64,000 bases of DNA, taken from contig RSEE01000017.1 in NCBI GenBank assembly GCA_003971905.1, positions 186,001 to 250,000 of the forward strand. Reading direction: 5' to 3'. The stretch's first letter is position 1, and the number at the start of each line of letters is the position of its first letter. Both the position numbers and the translations under genes were made by a program. Shown piece after piece: positions 63,306-64,000 of the stretch. The DNA comes from Moniliella sp. 'wahieum'. Its lineage: Eukaryota. Below the pieces are notes generated by a model, which saw only the letters and a list, made by a program, of their open reading frames with translations, was not told the origin of the DNA and did not search any database.

Positions 63306-64000
63306 CTACGCGTGCCGCTGGTACTGCGCCACCAGCATCGCATGGTCACGCTCATACGGCTCCAGCGTCAGCTGCTCCCGTGGCCGGAACATCTCCCCCT
63401 GCAGCTTCTTGACCTCCGACGCAAACACCGCCTCCGCCGGTGCCGTCGAGTCAATGCACGACGCCTTGATGGAAATGACGACATGCCCTTGGTCCTTGAG
63501 GAAGTAGTGCGCATTCAGCGCCACAATACGTGCCTGGTCTGGCTGCGCCACGTCGGCAAAGATCACGTCCACCGTGTCCACCAGCATCCGGTACTTTTGA
63601 GGGTGACGCGCGTCCTCAATAATAGGAATCACATTGGTGCGCTTCTTGGCCATGTTGATCAAATCCCGCCCACTGCGATGCGAAAATTCAACAGCGTACA
63701 CCACACCCGTCGGCCCCACCACGTCGGCCACGTGCGAAACCGACGTTCCGGAAGCAGCTCCCAGATAGAGCACCTTGGCACCAGGCTGGATGTGGATGTG
63801 GTCCAGACCACCGAGGATACCAGCAGCAAGCTTCGAACGGAAAGGGTTCCACACACGGTACTCCACCTTGGCGCCAGGCACACCATCATCTTGAACCACG
63901 TCGACCGAAATGCGCTTCTCGCCATACACCGAATCACCGGGTGCCATGTTCTTGGTCACCAGCAGGTGCTCTTTGCCTTCCGCAATAAACACGCCGGCGT
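63306..64000 (-). CDS. NOP1: Fibrillarin (rRNA 2'-O-methyltransferase), 5' end outside the window
   Basis: [53 protein letters not shown]. Confidence 0.98.
   Translation of the reverse strand, partial: AGVFIAEGKEHLLVTKNMAPGDSVYGEKRISVDVVQDDGVPGAKVEYRVWNPFRSKLAAGILGGLDHIHIQPGAKVLYLGAASGTSVSHVADVVGPTGVVYAVEFSHRSGRDLINMAKKRTNVIPIIEDARHPQKYRMLVDTVDVIFADVAQPDQARIVALNAHYFLKDQGHVVISIKASCIDSTAPAEAVFASEVKKLQGEMFRPREQLTLEPYERDHAMLVAQYQRHA

Overview
GC-rich, intron-poor eukaryotic DNA from a basidiomycete fungus. The spermidine synthase-saccharopine dehydrogenase fusion is a Basidiomycota hallmark; Ustilaginomycotina is an inference from intron scarcity. The window holds about 18 mostly housekeeping genes: YTH-domain protein, MIT-domain protein, Sir2, arrestin-like adaptor, Cdc26-like, ATP3, BRE1, SEC8, SPE-SDH, DnaJ/Cwc23-like, PfkB/Mak32-like, C1-THF synthase, CreA/Mig1-like C2H2 factor, Mdm35, lipase, Ede1-like and fibrillarin, plus two unknowns and one intron-containing tRNA-Arg(ACG). 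Nearly all genes carry small frameshifts typical of unpolished long-read sequence, so CDS bounds are approximate. Best signals: (1) a young 3.6-kb Ty3/Gypsy chromovirus-type element encoding only Gag, a Pro-rich spacer and integrase/chromodomain, with no protease, RT or RNase H, and with Tf1-type self-priming signals; (2) a recurrent intergenic 7-bp grammar, TGA/TCA plus a variable 4-bp palindrome, at many loci; (3) a diverged ~235-bp repeat present twice in inverted orientation; (4) a highly base-paired 305-bp ATP3 intron. All family calls come from motif recognition by eye; no database searches were run.
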